DNA of 64,000 nt from Stegostoma tigrinum (GCF_030684315.1 NC_081362.1:10844589-10908588); one strand, 5' to 3'. Shown: positions 11,057-24,539, counted from the first letter of the stretch. Translations and numbers: made by a program. The notes: generated by a model from the letters alone, not told the origin.

Positions 11057-12749
11057 AAATGTTCAACTAATATACCTACTTGCAACCAAGTTTGTTAATC
11101 ACTCCAGTTACTTGACTGGTATATAAGTCAAGTTACACATTATAACTCCACTTTTGCAAAATAAAATTGTCAAATTTTGATAGTAGTTTCATGTAGATTT
11201 ATGGAAGTAATGCTTTAAATCACAAAGAGAAAATGTAAGGCAAATGAATATATATTTCAGTAAGGTCCAAACTGAGAGATTAACATGGAAAATTAAAGTG
11301 AATGGAATTTAAGTAATGTCCTGACATGGGCAGAAATCTATTTGGCAGACAGGAAACAGTGGGAATAAACTGATCATTTTTCAAGTGGCAGCCGGTGACT
11401 TCTGGGGTACCACAGGGATCAGTGCTTGGACCATGGCTACTCACAGCATTAAATGATTTAGGTGAGGGAATTAAATGGAATGTTTCCCAAGTTTTCAGAC
11501 AACAACAGGCTGGATGGGAGGTTGAGTTGAGATTGCAGAAATACTTCAGTGTGATTTGATCTGATTCGTGGGCAAATTCATGGCAGATGAAATAGAAAAT
11601 GGATAAACATAAGCTCATCCACTTTTTAGCAGCAAAAGCAGGAAGACGATTGTTATAATGGCAATGTATTTGGGAAGCTCGTGGTGGAATGAGATCTGAG
11701 TGTCTTGTACACCAGTCACTAGAAGTAAGTATGCAGATACAGCAGGTGGTTTTAAAAAAGGCAGGGGCTATGTTGGCCTTCATAACAAGCAGATTTGTAT
11801 ATAGGAGCAAGGATGTCTTGGTGCAATTGTATAGGGCATTGATGAGCCTATTCTAGGGTTTTGTGTGCAGTTTTGATCTCCTTATCTGAGGGCAAAATGA
11901 TATGGCTATAAAGGTTGACAAAACTGATTCATCCTAAGAATCAATCATAGTGATACAGCATGTAAAGAGACCCTTCGGGCCAACTCGCCCATGCCAACCA
12001 GATATCCTAAATTGGTCCAGTCCCATTTGCTAGTAATTGGCCAATATCCGTCTCAACCCTTGCTGTCCATGTATCCATCCAGATGCCTTTTAAATGTAAC
12101 TTACCAGCCTCCTCCACCTCCCCGGCACCACTTTCCACGCATGCACCACCCTCTGCATTTTAAAAAAAACTGTCCCTCAGGTCCATCTCATGTCTTCCCC
12201 TCTCACCTTAAACCTAGGCCCTCTAGTTTTGGGCTCCCCTACCCTGGGGATAGAGACCTTAGCTATTCACCCTATCCATGCCCCTCGTGATTATATAAAC
12301 CTAAGGGTGACACGTCAGCATCTGATGATCCAGGGAAAATAGCCACAGCCTTTTCAACCTGTCAGAGTAGCTCATACTTGCCAATCCTGGCAGCATCCTG
12401 AGATCTTTTGTGCACCCTTTCAAGCTTAACAAAGTCTTTAGAGCAGTGAGACCAGAACTGTACGCAGTATTCTAAAAGTGACCTAATCAATGTCCTGTAC
12501 AGCCACAGCGTGATGTCCCAACTGCTGTACTCAGTGCACTATCCAATGAAAGCAAGCATGCCAAATGCTGCATTCACCACCCTGTCTGCTTGTGACTCCA
12601 TTTTCAAGGAACTATGCACCTGCATCCCGAGGTCTGTTTGTTTGGCAACACTCTCCAGGGCCCTACCATTAACTCTAAGCCCTGCCCTGGTTAGCCTGAC
12701 CAAAATGTCAAGCCTCATGTTTATGTGAATTAAAATCCATCTGCCACTA

Positions 12750-14170
12750 GGAGTGGCATGGTGGGTCAGCACCAGGTACCTGGGTTCGATTTCCCCTGCC
12801 AGGCCCACGTGGAGTTGGCACAATCTCCCAGTGTCTGCTTGGGTTTCCTCCGGGTGCTCTGGTTTACCCCCTCAGCCCAAAGATGTGCAAATTAGGCGGA
12901 TTGGTCGTGCTAAATTGCCCATTCTGATCAGGGATGTGTCGAGTAGGTTGTTTAAAGGGGAATTGAACATAGAACTTTACTGTGCAGTACAGGCCCTTCG
13001 GCTCTCAATGTGGCGCCAACCTGTGAAACCAATCTGAAGCCCATCTCACCTACACTGTTCTGTTACCATCCATGTGTTTATCCAATGACTATTTAAATAC
13101 CCTTAAAGTTGTCAAGTCTAATACTGTTGCAGGCAGGGCATCCCACGCCCTTACGACTTTCTTGAGTAAAGAATCTACCTCTGACATCTGTCCTATAATT
13201 ATCGTCCCTCAATTTAAACCCATGTCCCCTCATGCTAGCCATCACCATCCAAGGAAAAAGGCTCTCACTGTCCACCCTATCTAGTCCTCTGATATTCTTG
13301 TATGTCTCTATTAGGTCATCGCTTAACCTTCTTTTCTTTAACAGAAACAGCCTCCAGTCCCTCAGCCTTTCCTCATAAGACCTTCCCTCCATACCAGGCA
13401 ACATCCTGGTAAATCTCCTCTGCACCCTTTCCAATGCTTCCACATCCTTCCTAAAATGTGGCGACCAGAACTGTACACAATACTCCAAGTGCAGCCACAC
13501 GAGAGTTTGGTACAGCTGCAACAAGACCTCATGGCTCTGAAGCTCAATCCCTCTACCAATAAAACCTAACACACGCCGTATGCCTTATTAACAACCCTAT
13601 CAACCTGGGTGGAAACTTTCAGGGATCGATGTACATGGACCCCGAGATCTCACGTGATCTCTAGTGTTCGCCCACACTACCAAGAATCTTACCATTAGCC
13701 CAGTACTCTGTGTTCCTGTTACTCCTTCCGAAGTGAATCACCTCACACTTTTTCGCATTAAACTCCATTTGCCACCTCTCAGCCCAGCTCTGCAGCTTAT
13801 CTGTGTCCCTCTGTAACCTGCAACATTCTTCCGCACTACCTACAACTCCACCAACTTAGTGTCTTCCACAAATTTACTAACCCATCCTTCTACGCCCTCA
13901 TCCACGTCATTTATAAAAATGACAAACAGCAGTGGCCCCAAAACAGATCTTTGTAATACACCACCAGTAACTGAACTCCAGGATGAAAATTTCCCATCAA
14001 CCACCATCCTCTGTCTTCTTCCAGCTGGCCAATTTCTGATCCAAACCTCTAAACCACCCTCAATCCCATGCCTCCAAATTTTTTGCAATGTGGGTCTGGA
14101 TGGGATGCTTTGAGGGTCAATGTGGACTTGTTGGGCCGAAGGGCCTGTTTCCGCACTATAGGGATTCAGT
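12750..14170 (+). mobile_element. V-SINE/HE1-like SINE split by a younger CR1 (pieces ~12750-12965 and ~14090-14170)
   Basis: tRNA-like head (tggcatggtgg..gggttcgatt), V-domain-like gtgtctgcttgggtttcctccgggtgctctggttt; tail tgggccgaagggcctgtttcc resumes at 14090. Confidence 0.8.
12966..14089 (-). mobile_element. Younger CR1 LINE 3' portion
   Basis: HLEYCVQFWSPHFRKDVEALERVQRRFTRMLPGMEGRSYEERL and [30 protein letters not shown]; aacatagaac tail at the left end. Confidence 0.9.
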
Positions 14171-15796
14171 GACCTAGCCTGTTGATCCATCAATAAAGGC
14201 CTTGTTGTAATTTGGTAACCTTCTTCTCTGTCCACTGTACCACCAATTGTGGTGTCATCTGCAAACTTACTAACGAAACCTCTGATATTCCTAACCAGAT
14301 CATTTATATAAATGACAAAAAGCGGTGGATGCAGCACTGATCCTTGCAGCATACTACTGGTCACAGACCTCCAGAAAAGCAACCCTCTACCACCTTCCTC
14401 TGTCTCCTATCTTCAAGGCAATTTTGTATCCAATTGGCTAGTTCCCCCGGATTCCATGTGATCTAACCTTGCTAACCAAACTACCATGCGGAGCCTTGTC
14501 CAACACTTTGCTGAAATCCATAGGGACAATGTCTAACACTCAACCTGCATCAATCTTCCATCACCTGTTCAAAAAATAAACTCGATCAAGTTATTGAGAT
14601 AAGATTCTCCATGCTCAAAACCATGTTGATTATCCCTAATCATCCTTTGCCTTTCCAAATGCATGTAAATCCTGTCCCTAAGAATCCCTTCCAACAACTT
14701 ATCCACCACTGACATCGTGAAAGGAGGCTGGATCAGTTAGGTTTATATTTACTGAAGTTTACAAAAATGGGTGGTATCTCAGAAAACTAAAAGATTCCAG
14801 CAGGACTAGACAAGATGCAAGAAAAATATTGCTATAGATTGGAGAGTCCAGGACCAGGAGTCGCAATCTTAAAGATGCAGGTTCAGCCATTTAGAAATGT
14901 CTTCACCCAGGAAGTGGTGATGCTGTGGAACTTCTTGCCTCAAAGCAATGAGGCAAGAATATTGGATGTATTCAAGAAGTTAGACATAGTTCTTTGGACT
15001 AATGGGACAAAAGGATATGGGTTGGGAAACAGGATACGGTGTTAGATGATCAGCCATGATCATATTGAATGGCAGAGCAGGTTCAAAGGGCAGAATAGCA
15101 TACTACTCTTTGTTTCTCTATATCCGTGTAAATGTCAGCACAGCTTGATTGTCAAAAAGCTGCTTACTTGCATGATATAACTTGAAATTTTGTTTAAAAC
15201 AGCATCAATTCAAATCTTTGAGTATAGTTTCCATTTTGTACATGTATAAAAAGCTTTCTCCTCATCTGACAATTTGTGCTTCCTACAGCCACGAATTGAT
15301 GTTGAAGCAGTCCAATTATTGCTCCATTCTTGCGTTACTTTCGTCCTTTTAACCCTAGCTTTCATCCACAGGTATGAAAGATGCTCATTGCTTCCCCACA
15401 GCAGTGTGGCTAAAACTGGGAACTTGGAGTAGCAGGAAAAATATTACATTTCAGGGTGCTTCCGTTTGCTGCCAACAAGCTGTGCTAACCCAAAAGCATC
15501 TTTTATTTACATCTTCAATACTAGTTGAAAATGTTTGATCTCCACTGCCTTAAAACTGTGTCATTGTCATTTTATTTAACCTGGTGAAGCAAACACCTTT
15601 TTTTTGGTATCTTGAGTCTAAACCCTTCTGAGTGAGTGAAATAAGTCTGGACCACAGCCATTCACATGACATATGTTAAAATATATCTGGAATTTTCTAA
15701 GAATACTTTGAACGTATGTCACTGATTTTTGCTATGACAATGGATGAATTTAATATTCCATTCAGAACTTGATGGATCTCAAAATTTGCTTTCCAG

Positions 15797-15927
15797 AAAA
15801 GTCACCTTTGAGAAACAGTGGTTTTACTTGGACAATGCAATTGGCCAGCAGTATGGAACCACTTTTGAGGTTTCCAGTGGAGGAGTACTCCAGCCACTTA
15901 AAGTAAAAACTAAAGAAGTTGCCAAAG
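15797..15927 (+). CDS. TRMT6: TRMT6 exon 2
   Basis: KVTFEKQWFYLDNAIGQQYGTTFEVSSGG; AG/GT boundaries with consistent phase. Confidence 0.95.
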
Positions 15928-16581
15928 GTAATATTGGAAAGTGTTGCTATCTGTATCTGTAAGTTGTGTCATGGACATTTTAATGTCAGTTTTGCTGAAA
16001 AATAAAAACAGTTTTCTGAAGTTAGATATTCTACCAGAGTGTGTGTACATTCCAACTGTTTGTTTTGATAACTCCTTCCCAGGTTTGACAAATGCCATGT
16101 TTGTAGACTTTATAATGAATATTATTCTTTCAATTTTTATTTGCTCTGTATGAAGCTATAACCTCATATAGTGATTGTTAATATGCTTATTCTTTGTATA
16201 CTTACATCCTCTGCCTTGTGGGTAAAATTTGACCAGATGATTCAGTTGGGATTTAATTCAATAAATGTGCAACTTGAACATTTACAGTTCCAGAACTGAG
16301 TCAGTTATTTCTGATTCGCGATTAGGTTTTCCATATTATGTTTTCATTTTCTATGCTTGTGTTTATTGAACTGAAAGAGAAGACAAATGGTATATTTCCC
16401 ATGTTATGTGCCAAAGCTAATAAAGCAGTAAAAGAAAATTTGTTTTCAAAATGAATTGTTATTTCTTTTTCTTTTCTACATGTTATAGTTAAGAAAATAA
16501 TCCATATGTAGTTGTTTCAGTCAAAGCTGTCTTAGCTCTTGTGTTTAAAAAGTAACATTAACTGTAGGTACTAGTTTACGG

Positions 16582-16817
16582 GAACAAAACAAAGTTGCCG
16601 GAAAAGCTCTGCAGGTCTGGCAGCATCTGTGGAGGTGAAAACAGAGTTAATGTTTTGGGTTCGGGGACCCTTCCTCAGGACCACTGTGAGGAAGGGTCAC
16701 CGGACCCAAAACATTAACTGTTTTCTCCACCACAGATGCTGCCAGACCTGCTGAGCTTTTCCAGCAATTTTCTTTTTGTTCCTGATTTACAGCATCCACA
16801 GTTCTTTGGTTTTTATG
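16582..16817. mobile_element. PLE family-B fold-back palindrome with two divergent hammerhead-like cores
   Basis: ~100-bp inverted arms centred near 16683 (gacccttcctcag / gaggaagggtcaccggacccaaaac). Tail on the right arm only; imperfect TSD agttta(a)cgg. Confidence 0.85.
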
Positions 16818-17018
16818 AGTTTAACGGAGTTGGGTACAATATTCAGGGCTCTACACTTGCATCTGTGTTGAAGCTGGCCAGTTATTTCATGTGGAATGAT
16901 TAAATCTTCAGTCTAATGCTGTTTGCTAAGTTTGACCTTGGTTTATGCAAGTTAAATGGATTTGTGTGGTTTTTAGTTTGTTTTCAAGCAGTCCATGACT
17001 TGTTTTTAATTCCACCAG

Positions 17019-17128
17019 AAGCAAATGAAGCTGGTATTGATAACCGAAACATAATTGATGATGGCAAGTCCCAAAAGCTCAGCAGAGATGATATTGAGGC
17101 ACTTAAAGAGCAAGGATTAAAAGGTCAG
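17019..17128 (+). CDS. TRMT6: TRMT6 exon 3
   Basis: ANEAGIDNRNIIDDGKSQKLSRDDIEALKEQGLKGQ; AG/GT boundaries. Confidence 0.95.
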
Positions 17129-17361
17129 GTAGGGATGACTTTTTGATTTTTCTTCAATCAGCAGACATGTTATGATACACCTCCTGAAGCAAGTGGGACT
17201 TGAACTTCTAGTCCAGAGATGAGGACATTTCCAATATTACAAAACCTGAGAAATGACTTTTATACTGGTGAAATTGTATATTTACAAAGAATTTTCTCCA
17301 CAGAAATTTTGTTTGTGTCCCCAATTAATTGTTGTTAAAACCAAGGTTTTATTTTACGCAG

Positions 17362-17453
17362 GATATTGTCCAACATTTGATAGAGAATAGCACAACATTT
17401 AGAGACAAAACTGGATTTGCTCAAGAAAAGTACATCAAGAAGAAAAAGAAAAA
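17362..17453 (+). CDS. TRMT6: TRMT6 exon 4
   Basis: DIVQHLIENSTTFRDKTGFAQEKYIKKKKK; AG/GT boundaries. Confidence 0.95.
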
Positions 17454-17845
17454 GTAAGGTTCTGTTTTTAGCATAGGAATCGGGTCTCATCTTAGTAGAA
17501 AGAGATATTGCCTTGATTGAGATAAACTGACATTCCAGGATATGTTTTTTCTTCTTTTTAAAAACAATAATTTAATTGTGCAAGTAGTAAGCCTTCTAAT
17601 TATAAAATCCTAATTGAATCAGTCTGAGGCTGTACAATGGCAAAGAAATATCAGTAACTGTTACAGTGTAATGCTAAAATTCAGAAGCATTGTTCTTAAG
17701 TTGTTTGTTTAAAATGCACTTTGACGTCACAGATTATAACAAGAAATTCAGTTATGTCACTGTTTAAAACACAAATGTTGATGTCTTTCACCTTGCAGAG
17801 AAATAATTCTCAACATCTTCTAACATAGTTAAATCTTATTGATAG

Positions 17846-17929
17846 GTACGAAGCATTTATAACTATCCTAAAGCCTACCACTCGCATAATGGCTATGATG
17901 TATCATTCCCGTGAGCCAGGTAAAATTTG
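17846..17929 (+). CDS. TRMT6: TRMT6 exon 5
   Basis: YEAFITILKPTTRIMAMMYHSREPGKI; AG/GTGAGT boundaries. Confidence 0.95.
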
Positions 17930-18539
17930 GTGAGTAAATAAAGTTGCTCTGTCTTTTTAGCTTTCTGATATCTGAAGCATATTTCAGACTAGTGACTGAG
18001 TTTTGAATTTTAGCAGGGCTCGTGCTATATTTCTTTTGGTTTCTGCCTGATAAGAGGTCGATTTTAAATCCTGTTTTGTTAGAACTGGGCTGGGCATTAA
18101 GGCATGATGGAGAACTATTTCCTGCCTATATTGGCAGATTGATTGAAGGATGGTGTTCTAAATCTGATCTTTTCTAGCTACTTTAATTCTGTCCGCCAAT
18201 TATTCCTCTAATTGCAGTATCTTTCTCTTGACTCTTGAATTTAATCCACTTCTATTGATTTTAAAAATAACACTACTTTTGCTGTTGGTTTAAAGATCAC
18301 TTCTCCATCTGAAAAATAATATTGTTTTAATTAAAGTATTGTTCAGAATGCTTTCTGCATGTATCAAGTAGATTCTTCGTTGTTTCTTTTGGTTTCCGTG
18401 AAATTGAGTAGATGCCAGTCAAGTAAGTTACATTGCTGAACATTTCTAAGCGTTATAAATGAAATACAATTCCATGTCACGAGGCTATTAATTCATGATC
18501 TGTTGACGACAGCTGTCTGATAGACACGCAAATCAGAAT

Positions 18540-18810
18540 AAAGGGTAAACTACTTGGGCTGTGATGAGGGATGTCTTAATTTGGAGGGTAGTGAGTCTTT
18601 GGACTTCTCTAACCAGGACAGCTATGGGAATTTGATCATTGAGCATGCTGAGGGTAGTGTAATAAATGTCTAAATACTATTGACATTGAGTGTTACAGGG
18701 ATAGCATGGGTAAATATGTTTGAGGTGGATAATCAGCAGTGATCTAGAATGGCAAAGCAGGCTTGAAGGAATGAATGGTCTAGCTCTGCATCTGTTTTAC
18801 TGTGTTCGAA
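18540..18810 (+). mobile_element. Old CR1 3' end fragment
   Basis: gagggtagtgagtctttggacttctct..gaatggcaaagcaggcttgaaggaatgaatggtct resembles the CR1 3' ends elsewhere in the window. Confidence 0.55.
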
Positions 18811-18939
18811 AGATATCGCTTGTCAGGCCACGTTAGTGGTTGTCACATCATTTGTGAAGTGAGATTGCAGCTTCAACAGCAAGACCATAGACTCTGCCTG
18901 GATTGGTCACGTGAGGCAATAGCTTAATGAGTTTATTGC

Positions 18940-19255
18940 TGCACTGTTAAGGCAGAGACTAGTAATATTCTGAGAAGCTGAGTGCAAGTCCCACCACAGC
19001 GGATGGTGAAGTTTGAATTCAATTTTTTTAAAAATCTGAAATAAGAGTCAAGTGGTGACCATGAATCCATTGTCTTGTTGAACCCATCCGGTTCAATAAT
19101 CTCTTCTAGGGAAAGAAACCTGGCCAGGCCTACATGTGACTCCAGACCCACAGCAACGTGGTTGACTGTTAACAGTCTCGGCAATTAGAGATGGGCAATA
19201 AATGCTGACTTAGCCAGCAACGCCCTCATCCCCCGAACAAAGAATAATAAAAACA
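18940..19255 (+). mobile_element. tRNA-derived SINE sharing its 3' tail with the LINE at 39340-40280
   Basis: B-box-like gtgcaagtcccacc; tail ggcaattagagatgggcaataaatgctgacttagccagcaacgcc followed by an A-rich end. Confidence 0.6.
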
Positions 19256-20709
19256 TGAGCTATTAGTCTCAGTTTTACAGCCAAATTGACTGCGTTTACC
19301 ACTGTGCTCAAAGAAGGCTGCCAACAGAGTAGTCTCTGGCCTGAATTTCATGTTTCCTGATGTTAAGTTCATCCTGGCATCAGCTACAGTGGATCTCTGA
19401 CATCAGCAACAGCAATGTCATCAGAGTTGCTAAGCAGCTCATTGCATGGAAGATTTTTACCAGCAGAAAAGCAGGAAATAAAAAAGCATCTTTTATTATT
19501 TCATTTATTTTGTTCTGTAAAATTAGTATTAAAGATTTTGACATGTGGGATTGAAGCAGAAAATGAAATAGCTTAAATTTAATTTTTGAAAATACCATCT
19601 TTGGAGCTTAATGGAGAGAGGATCCACAAATACAAAATTAATCGTTCAGGGTTGTTCGACAGTATTTTCAGTTCACTATAATGTCCTACTCTGTTATACC
19701 TTGTGAACATACTACAGCATTTTGAATGTGATTTCATAATGAGACTACTTGCACAAGAAAATGTTTGCGTCAATGAAAATGGTTTAGGATTTCCGTAAGA
19801 GGGATTTAATAACATTATCTACCTTTTTGGAGGATTGGAGAGTCACAGGCAGCAATCTCTGAATTTCTGCCTTTAACTGGTCAGTTAAGTGTACAGTGAA
19901 GTTGCTGGCTAATTTGAGTGGTGACAGTGACCACTTTGCTAACATTACAGCCACTAAATTGAGGCCATCACTAAACTATGGATTTATTGTGGTCACACAA
20001 GGTAGAGTGCTAAAGTAGCACGGTGGATTATTCAGATAAAAATTGCAACCACTTGGGATAGGTTGAGATGAATAAAACTACTTGCTGTGAGATAGCTTTC
20101 TTTTAATCAAGTGAGGTTTAAAGAGACCCATCCTCCTCCTGGTTTACCTGTTTTAAATCCTTCATTAACTGGTTTTGTTTCGAATCTGCTTCATTAATGT
20201 CTTAGGCCCATGATCACCTTTGACCCATGACTAAACAAGCACAATAGCTTGCTTTACTGGAAGTAGCTGGTGTGAAATCTGATTTAGGAGTAGTTCACAC
20301 ACAAGATGCATAGCTGGGGACAATAATTTGGTTTATTGTGCACCTGCTGAACACAGTCCCGTATTAATTCATATCTAAGTTTAGCTGTTAGAGGTGAATT
20401 GGCATATTAGCATATCTGAATTTTCTTTTTGGGCATATGGAAAGGAATCGGAAGAAATCCAATTCATGTCATGTATTATTTTTGTTTTAGTTTAAATAGG
20501 ATTACACTTAACATACTTAAGTTTTATTAATTGTTCTGCCCATTTGAAACTATTTGCTCGGTCTGCTGTTACTTTTTCACAGCTTTGTGGTGGGGTGAGA
20601 GGGGAGAAAAAGACTGGCTTACTTGCTTACACAATCATCTTTAAACTGCATAGTTAATGTTGCTTTATCCCCAACAGAATTAACAGCATTATTACTAATT
20701 TTTTTCTAG

Positions 20710-20834
20710 CTATTTAAGGTATGACACGCTGGCTCAGATGTTAACTCTTGGGAACATCCATGCAGGCTCCAAAGTAATTGTAGCAGAAACCTGTGCTGGT
20801 CTGGTGCTTGGTGCTGTAATGGAGAGATTAGGAG
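20710..20834 (+). CDS. TRMT6: TRMT6 exon 6
   Basis: YLRYDTLAQMLTLGNIHAGSKVIVAETCAGLVLGAVMERLG; AG/GT boundaries. Confidence 0.96.
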
Positions 20835-21609
20835 GTAATAAAATCTGAATTTACACCATATTCACTTGAGAATTCCTAATGTGTTGAAACTTTATTGTAG
20901 TAAGTTTAGCTGACCTGTTTGGTTACCGAAGCTTTCCAATTGACCTTTTAATTGACTGAGTGAAGCTTAACCTATTAGCAGTTTGAAAAGCTCAATTGGG
21001 AGTACTGGTTCAAATTTTAATGTTGTACGTCCAAATGTAACCATCATCCACAACAAGTATTTGTGCAAATTGACCTTCAAGTACAAATGTTACAATGAGT
21101 TCAGAATATCTTGTTTAAATTCATGCTTTGCTCTTCATTCACAGCCATGTTTATTGATCTGCTACTATCACTTCTTTACAATTTTAGAAAAAAAATCAAA
21201 TTTTGTGGCACATGCTCAATTCCTGAGCACATGGTGAACAATGGATTGGTGAGAGAAATGAGGGTTCACTGCAAAGAAATGCAAGTTTGGAGGAGGGCTG
21301 CAATATTAATTATCGTTATTTTCTGTAACAGTGTAACTTTTAATTTCATAATTGAACATCCCTCCCTTATCGCACTTGCAACGTTAACATCGTGGTGTAT
21401 ACATTGGAAGTGAATCATTAGCAATGTACTTAGCGTATAAAGAATATAAAAACCAAGCAAAAGTATCATCAAGAAAGAAGGATCAGACAGAATTAGTTCT
21501 GCCACTAAATATAACACGCAAAAGGAAACCACAATTTCCCAGTCCCAAATCTCTCATTAAATATCATTGTTTTACCGTGACTTACAAATCCTAACTTTTC
21601 TGTCTTCTG

Positions 21610-22095
21610 AAGTGTGGAGCAGGCCAGGCAGCATCACAGGAACAGGAAAGCTGATGTTTCAGGTCGGGACCCTTCTTCAGAAATGGAGAGTGGCGAGGAT
21701 GTTCAGAAATAGAGAGAGGAGAGGAGAGGTGGGGCTGGGGAAGGTAGGTGGGATGGTGATAGGTGAGCGTATGTAGGCAGTGGTCGGGATTGGTCGGTGA
21801 AGTGGGAGTGGTGGATAGGTGGGAAGGAAGATGGACAGGTTGTTTCAGGTCAAGGAGGTGGGGATGAGAGGGAGGATTGGTCATGGGATGAGGCTGGGGG
21901 TCGGGGAGGGGGTGCGGATTTTGAAACTGGTAAAATCCATGTTTAGGCTCCCAAGGCAGAATATGAGCTGCTGCTACTCCAGTTTGTGGGTGGCATCATT
22001 GTGACTCTGGAGGAGGCCCAGGGTGGACATGTCACCCAGGGATTAGGAAGGGGAGTTAAAATGTTCTGTGACCAGAAGGTGGTGTTGATTCCAGC
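21610..22095 (-). mobile_element. PLE family-A-like 3' fragment (older variant)
   Basis: gctgatgtttcaggtcgggacccttcttcag, a G-rich pLTR and aatatgagctgctgc..gtggcatcattgtg as in the long copies. Confidence 0.8.
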
Positions 22096-22666
22096 ATGTG
22101 CAGCTCTTGCTATCTCATATTCTGTCAGCTAACCCTGTTTGATATTGCCCTGTAAGAATATATTCCCCTGAATTGCTAAGCTGTTTGGAATTTTCAAACC
22201 ATTTAGCTTCAATCCTCCATTCCACATAATTCCAGCACAGTCATCAGTTTTATCTATCTGTCACTCCTGGTGTGGCCCCATGTTTACTCTAGTACAGGGG
22301 GCAAAGTATTGAGCGTGTTTGGTGTTTAACTTATTGAAATCCCCATCACCAGATCGGGCTAGAATATCTCAAGCTCGATTGATTCTCATCCTCCTTTGCA
22401 ATCTACTTATACCCCACTCCATGTAGTTCTCCAATCAACTTTTCACCATCTTTATTGTTTGAGCTGCTTATTAGCCTCTTTCTTATAAGAACCTCCTGTT
22501 TAATTGCTTCCCTTCACGTTGCCCACCTTACTAAACTGACATTGGTTCAGGAGTGTTATTTGAAATCCTAATTTGTCATTCACTTGCAAAGTGACCACCC
22601 AGCAAGAGTGTCTAAATAATAATAAACTATCTATTCTGTGTCTCCTGTTTTAATCTTTTCCTGCAG

Positions 22667-23013
22667 GTTTTGGCTCCATTATCCACGTGTATCCAGGTAG
22701 CTTGCCGGTCAGGTCAGCAATGGAGAATTTTGGCTTTCCAAGATCCTTCTATAACCATCTATTTGATTTTCCTATCAACAAATTGAACAGTCTTCTTTCT
22801 GGAAGTTTTTCAGCTGAGAAGGAAACACTACAAAAACAAACTGAAGTTATGATGGAAGAAGATAGTGGGAGCCCACTGAACACCCACCAGGGTGATGGGA
22901 TGCCTTGTGGTGAGACCATGATGGATAACAACCAATCTGAGGAAACTAAGCCCATGGATGTTGCTTGTGAGGAGGCTGAAAATAAAGAAAAAAATCCAGA
23001 CAGAAAGTTCAAT
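22667..23013 (+). CDS. TRMT6: TRMT6 exon 7
   Basis: FGSIIHVYPGSLPVRSAMENFGFPRSF..FPINKLNSLLSGSFSA plus acidic linker; CAG/GTAAGA boundaries. Confidence 0.94.
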
Positions 23014-23281
23014 GTAAGATTTATTCTTGTCGGATGTAATGTGGAATGTTAAATTCTAATGTAGTAAATTTCAACAATTTCAATGGCCCAGGCGTTTTGA
23101 ATAGTTACCGTATGGGAGCAGAAATTTTTCCAGATTGATTGTGACTTCTTATCTACTGGTAGCTGATACAGTTGGTGTAAAGCGATACTGAAATAGTGAT
23201 AATATTCACAATGTCACAAAGCATATTGGTTTTAATGATATGTTTTTCTTCTATGCAGAAAATGGCCATCAAATAAGTTGA

Positions 23282-23510
23282 AAACTGAAAGAACTGTGGA
23301 TGCTGTAAATCAGGAACTAAAACAGAAGTTGCTGTATGTGCTCAGCGGGTCTGGCAACATCTGTGAAGACAAATCAGAGTTAACATTTCGGGTCTGGTGA
23401 CCCTTCCTCAGTTCTTCCTCAGACCTGAAACATTAACTCTAATTTTATTTTTCTTCACAGATGCTGCCAGACCTGCTGAGCTTTTCCAGCAACTTCTGCT
23501 TTTGTTCTGA
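23282..23510. mobile_element. PLE family-B fold-back palindrome
   Basis: Inverted arms around ~23415; tail on the left arm only; TSD caaataa(g/a)ttga at 23270-23281 / 23511-23522. Confidence 0.85.
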
Positions 23511-24318
23511 CAAATAAATTGATTCACTAAAGCAGGGTTTATGGTGTTGTGACCTAGCAAAATGCTAAATAATTGCACCTATTTAAATATAATTTTGTCA
23601 TTGCACTTTTTTAAACTGGAAAGATGCTTACACTTTACTGTAATACACTTGCTTCAGTCATTAGCTGTATTATAAAATTTTTGTGCTAATCACTTCTCCA
23701 TATTTCATCTCGAATAAGACATCTTTCCAATTTTTGTCCTTTCATTTTGTAATGTTAGTTTATGCTATATCATTCTAAACATTTTAGACTCATTTACTGA
23801 TGATGCTAGTTGTGGGAAGTCATTGCTTTCTGTCACTAAGGCTTCAACATTTTGTTCTGCTTCAGTCAAATACTCTAGTCAAACTAGCAAATTTCTATCT
23901 TTTCTAGGTACCATGCTGTTTCAGGTGCTGCTAGTTTGCTCAGGCCTTCTCAAGCAAAAGTAGATTTCAGCAAGTGTATTTCTGACCATTATCATCAGAA
24001 CTCCCTTGGTTACTATGCTTGATAATTTGAAATGCATTTCTTAAGAGGACAATGAACAATTGAACTTTTTCCCCTCTGTTCCCAAAATTCATAATACTCT
24101 TGTAATATCTCTGTAGTTTGATAGTCTGAGTTCTGTTGTACCCACATGTGTAGCTAATTGCTCCTATCCTTGAGTGCTTCCTATACCTATGGACACAATT
24201 CATTTTTTTTAAATGCACTGGAACAGTATTCCTTTAAAATCATGCCTTCCCTTCCCTTGGGACTCCATACATCTTTATTCTGACTGTCACAGAGACAGTC
24301 AATGTTTTCCTTTAACAT

Positions 24319-24539
24319 TAAAAACCAAAAGACCTGCAGGTGCTGTAAATCAGAAACAAAAACAAAGTTGCTGGAAAAGCTCAGCAGATCTGACAGCATC
24401 TGTGAAGGAAATAACGGAGTTCATGTTTTGGGCCCTGTGACCCAGTTCTGAGGAAGGGTCACCGGACCTGAAACATTAACTGTTTTTTCTTTCGCAGATG
24501 CTGCCAGACCCGCTGAGCTTTTCCAGCAACTTTGTTCTT
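24319..24539. mobile_element. PLE family-B fold-back palindrome
   Basis: Inverted arms around ~24445; tail on the left; TSD ttttccttta at 24305-24314 / 24540-24549. Confidence 0.85.
24443..24482 (+). ncRNA. Family-B hammerhead motif
   Basis: CAGUU-CUGAGGA-a-GGGUC(ACCG)GACCU-GAAA-CAUU-AACUG: 5-bp helix I (CAGUU/AACUG) and 5-bp helix II; the helix III CpG has decayed (ACGU to ACAU). Confidence 0.6.

Larger units (their letters stand above)
11940..14715 (-). mobile_element. CR1 LINE (-) split by a SINE (pieces ~11940-12748 and ~14172-14715)
   Basis: ORF-track fragments QTDLGMQVHSSLKMESQADRVVNAAFGMLAFIG and [24 protein letters not shown]. Confidence 0.8.
11270..15125 (+). mobile_element. Old CR1 LINE (+) split by nested insertions (pieces ~11270-11935 and ~14718-15125)
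   Basis: ggggtaccacagggatcagtgcttggacc (GVPQGSVLGP); reading resumes at 14718 with RLDQLGLY and a CR1 3' end. Confidence 0.75.

Noticed and set aside
16582-16817. Palindromes interpreted as DNA-transposon MITEs or CRISPR-like repeats
   Set aside because: Long variable TSDs, asymmetric tailed ends and hammerhead cores (and, for family A, identity with PLE termini) argue for a retroelement origin; there is no repeat-spacer periodicity.
17722-17729. Perfect CRE TGACGTCA in TRMT6 intron 4
   Set aside because: A single 8-mer is expected about once per 64 kb by chance; no supporting context.
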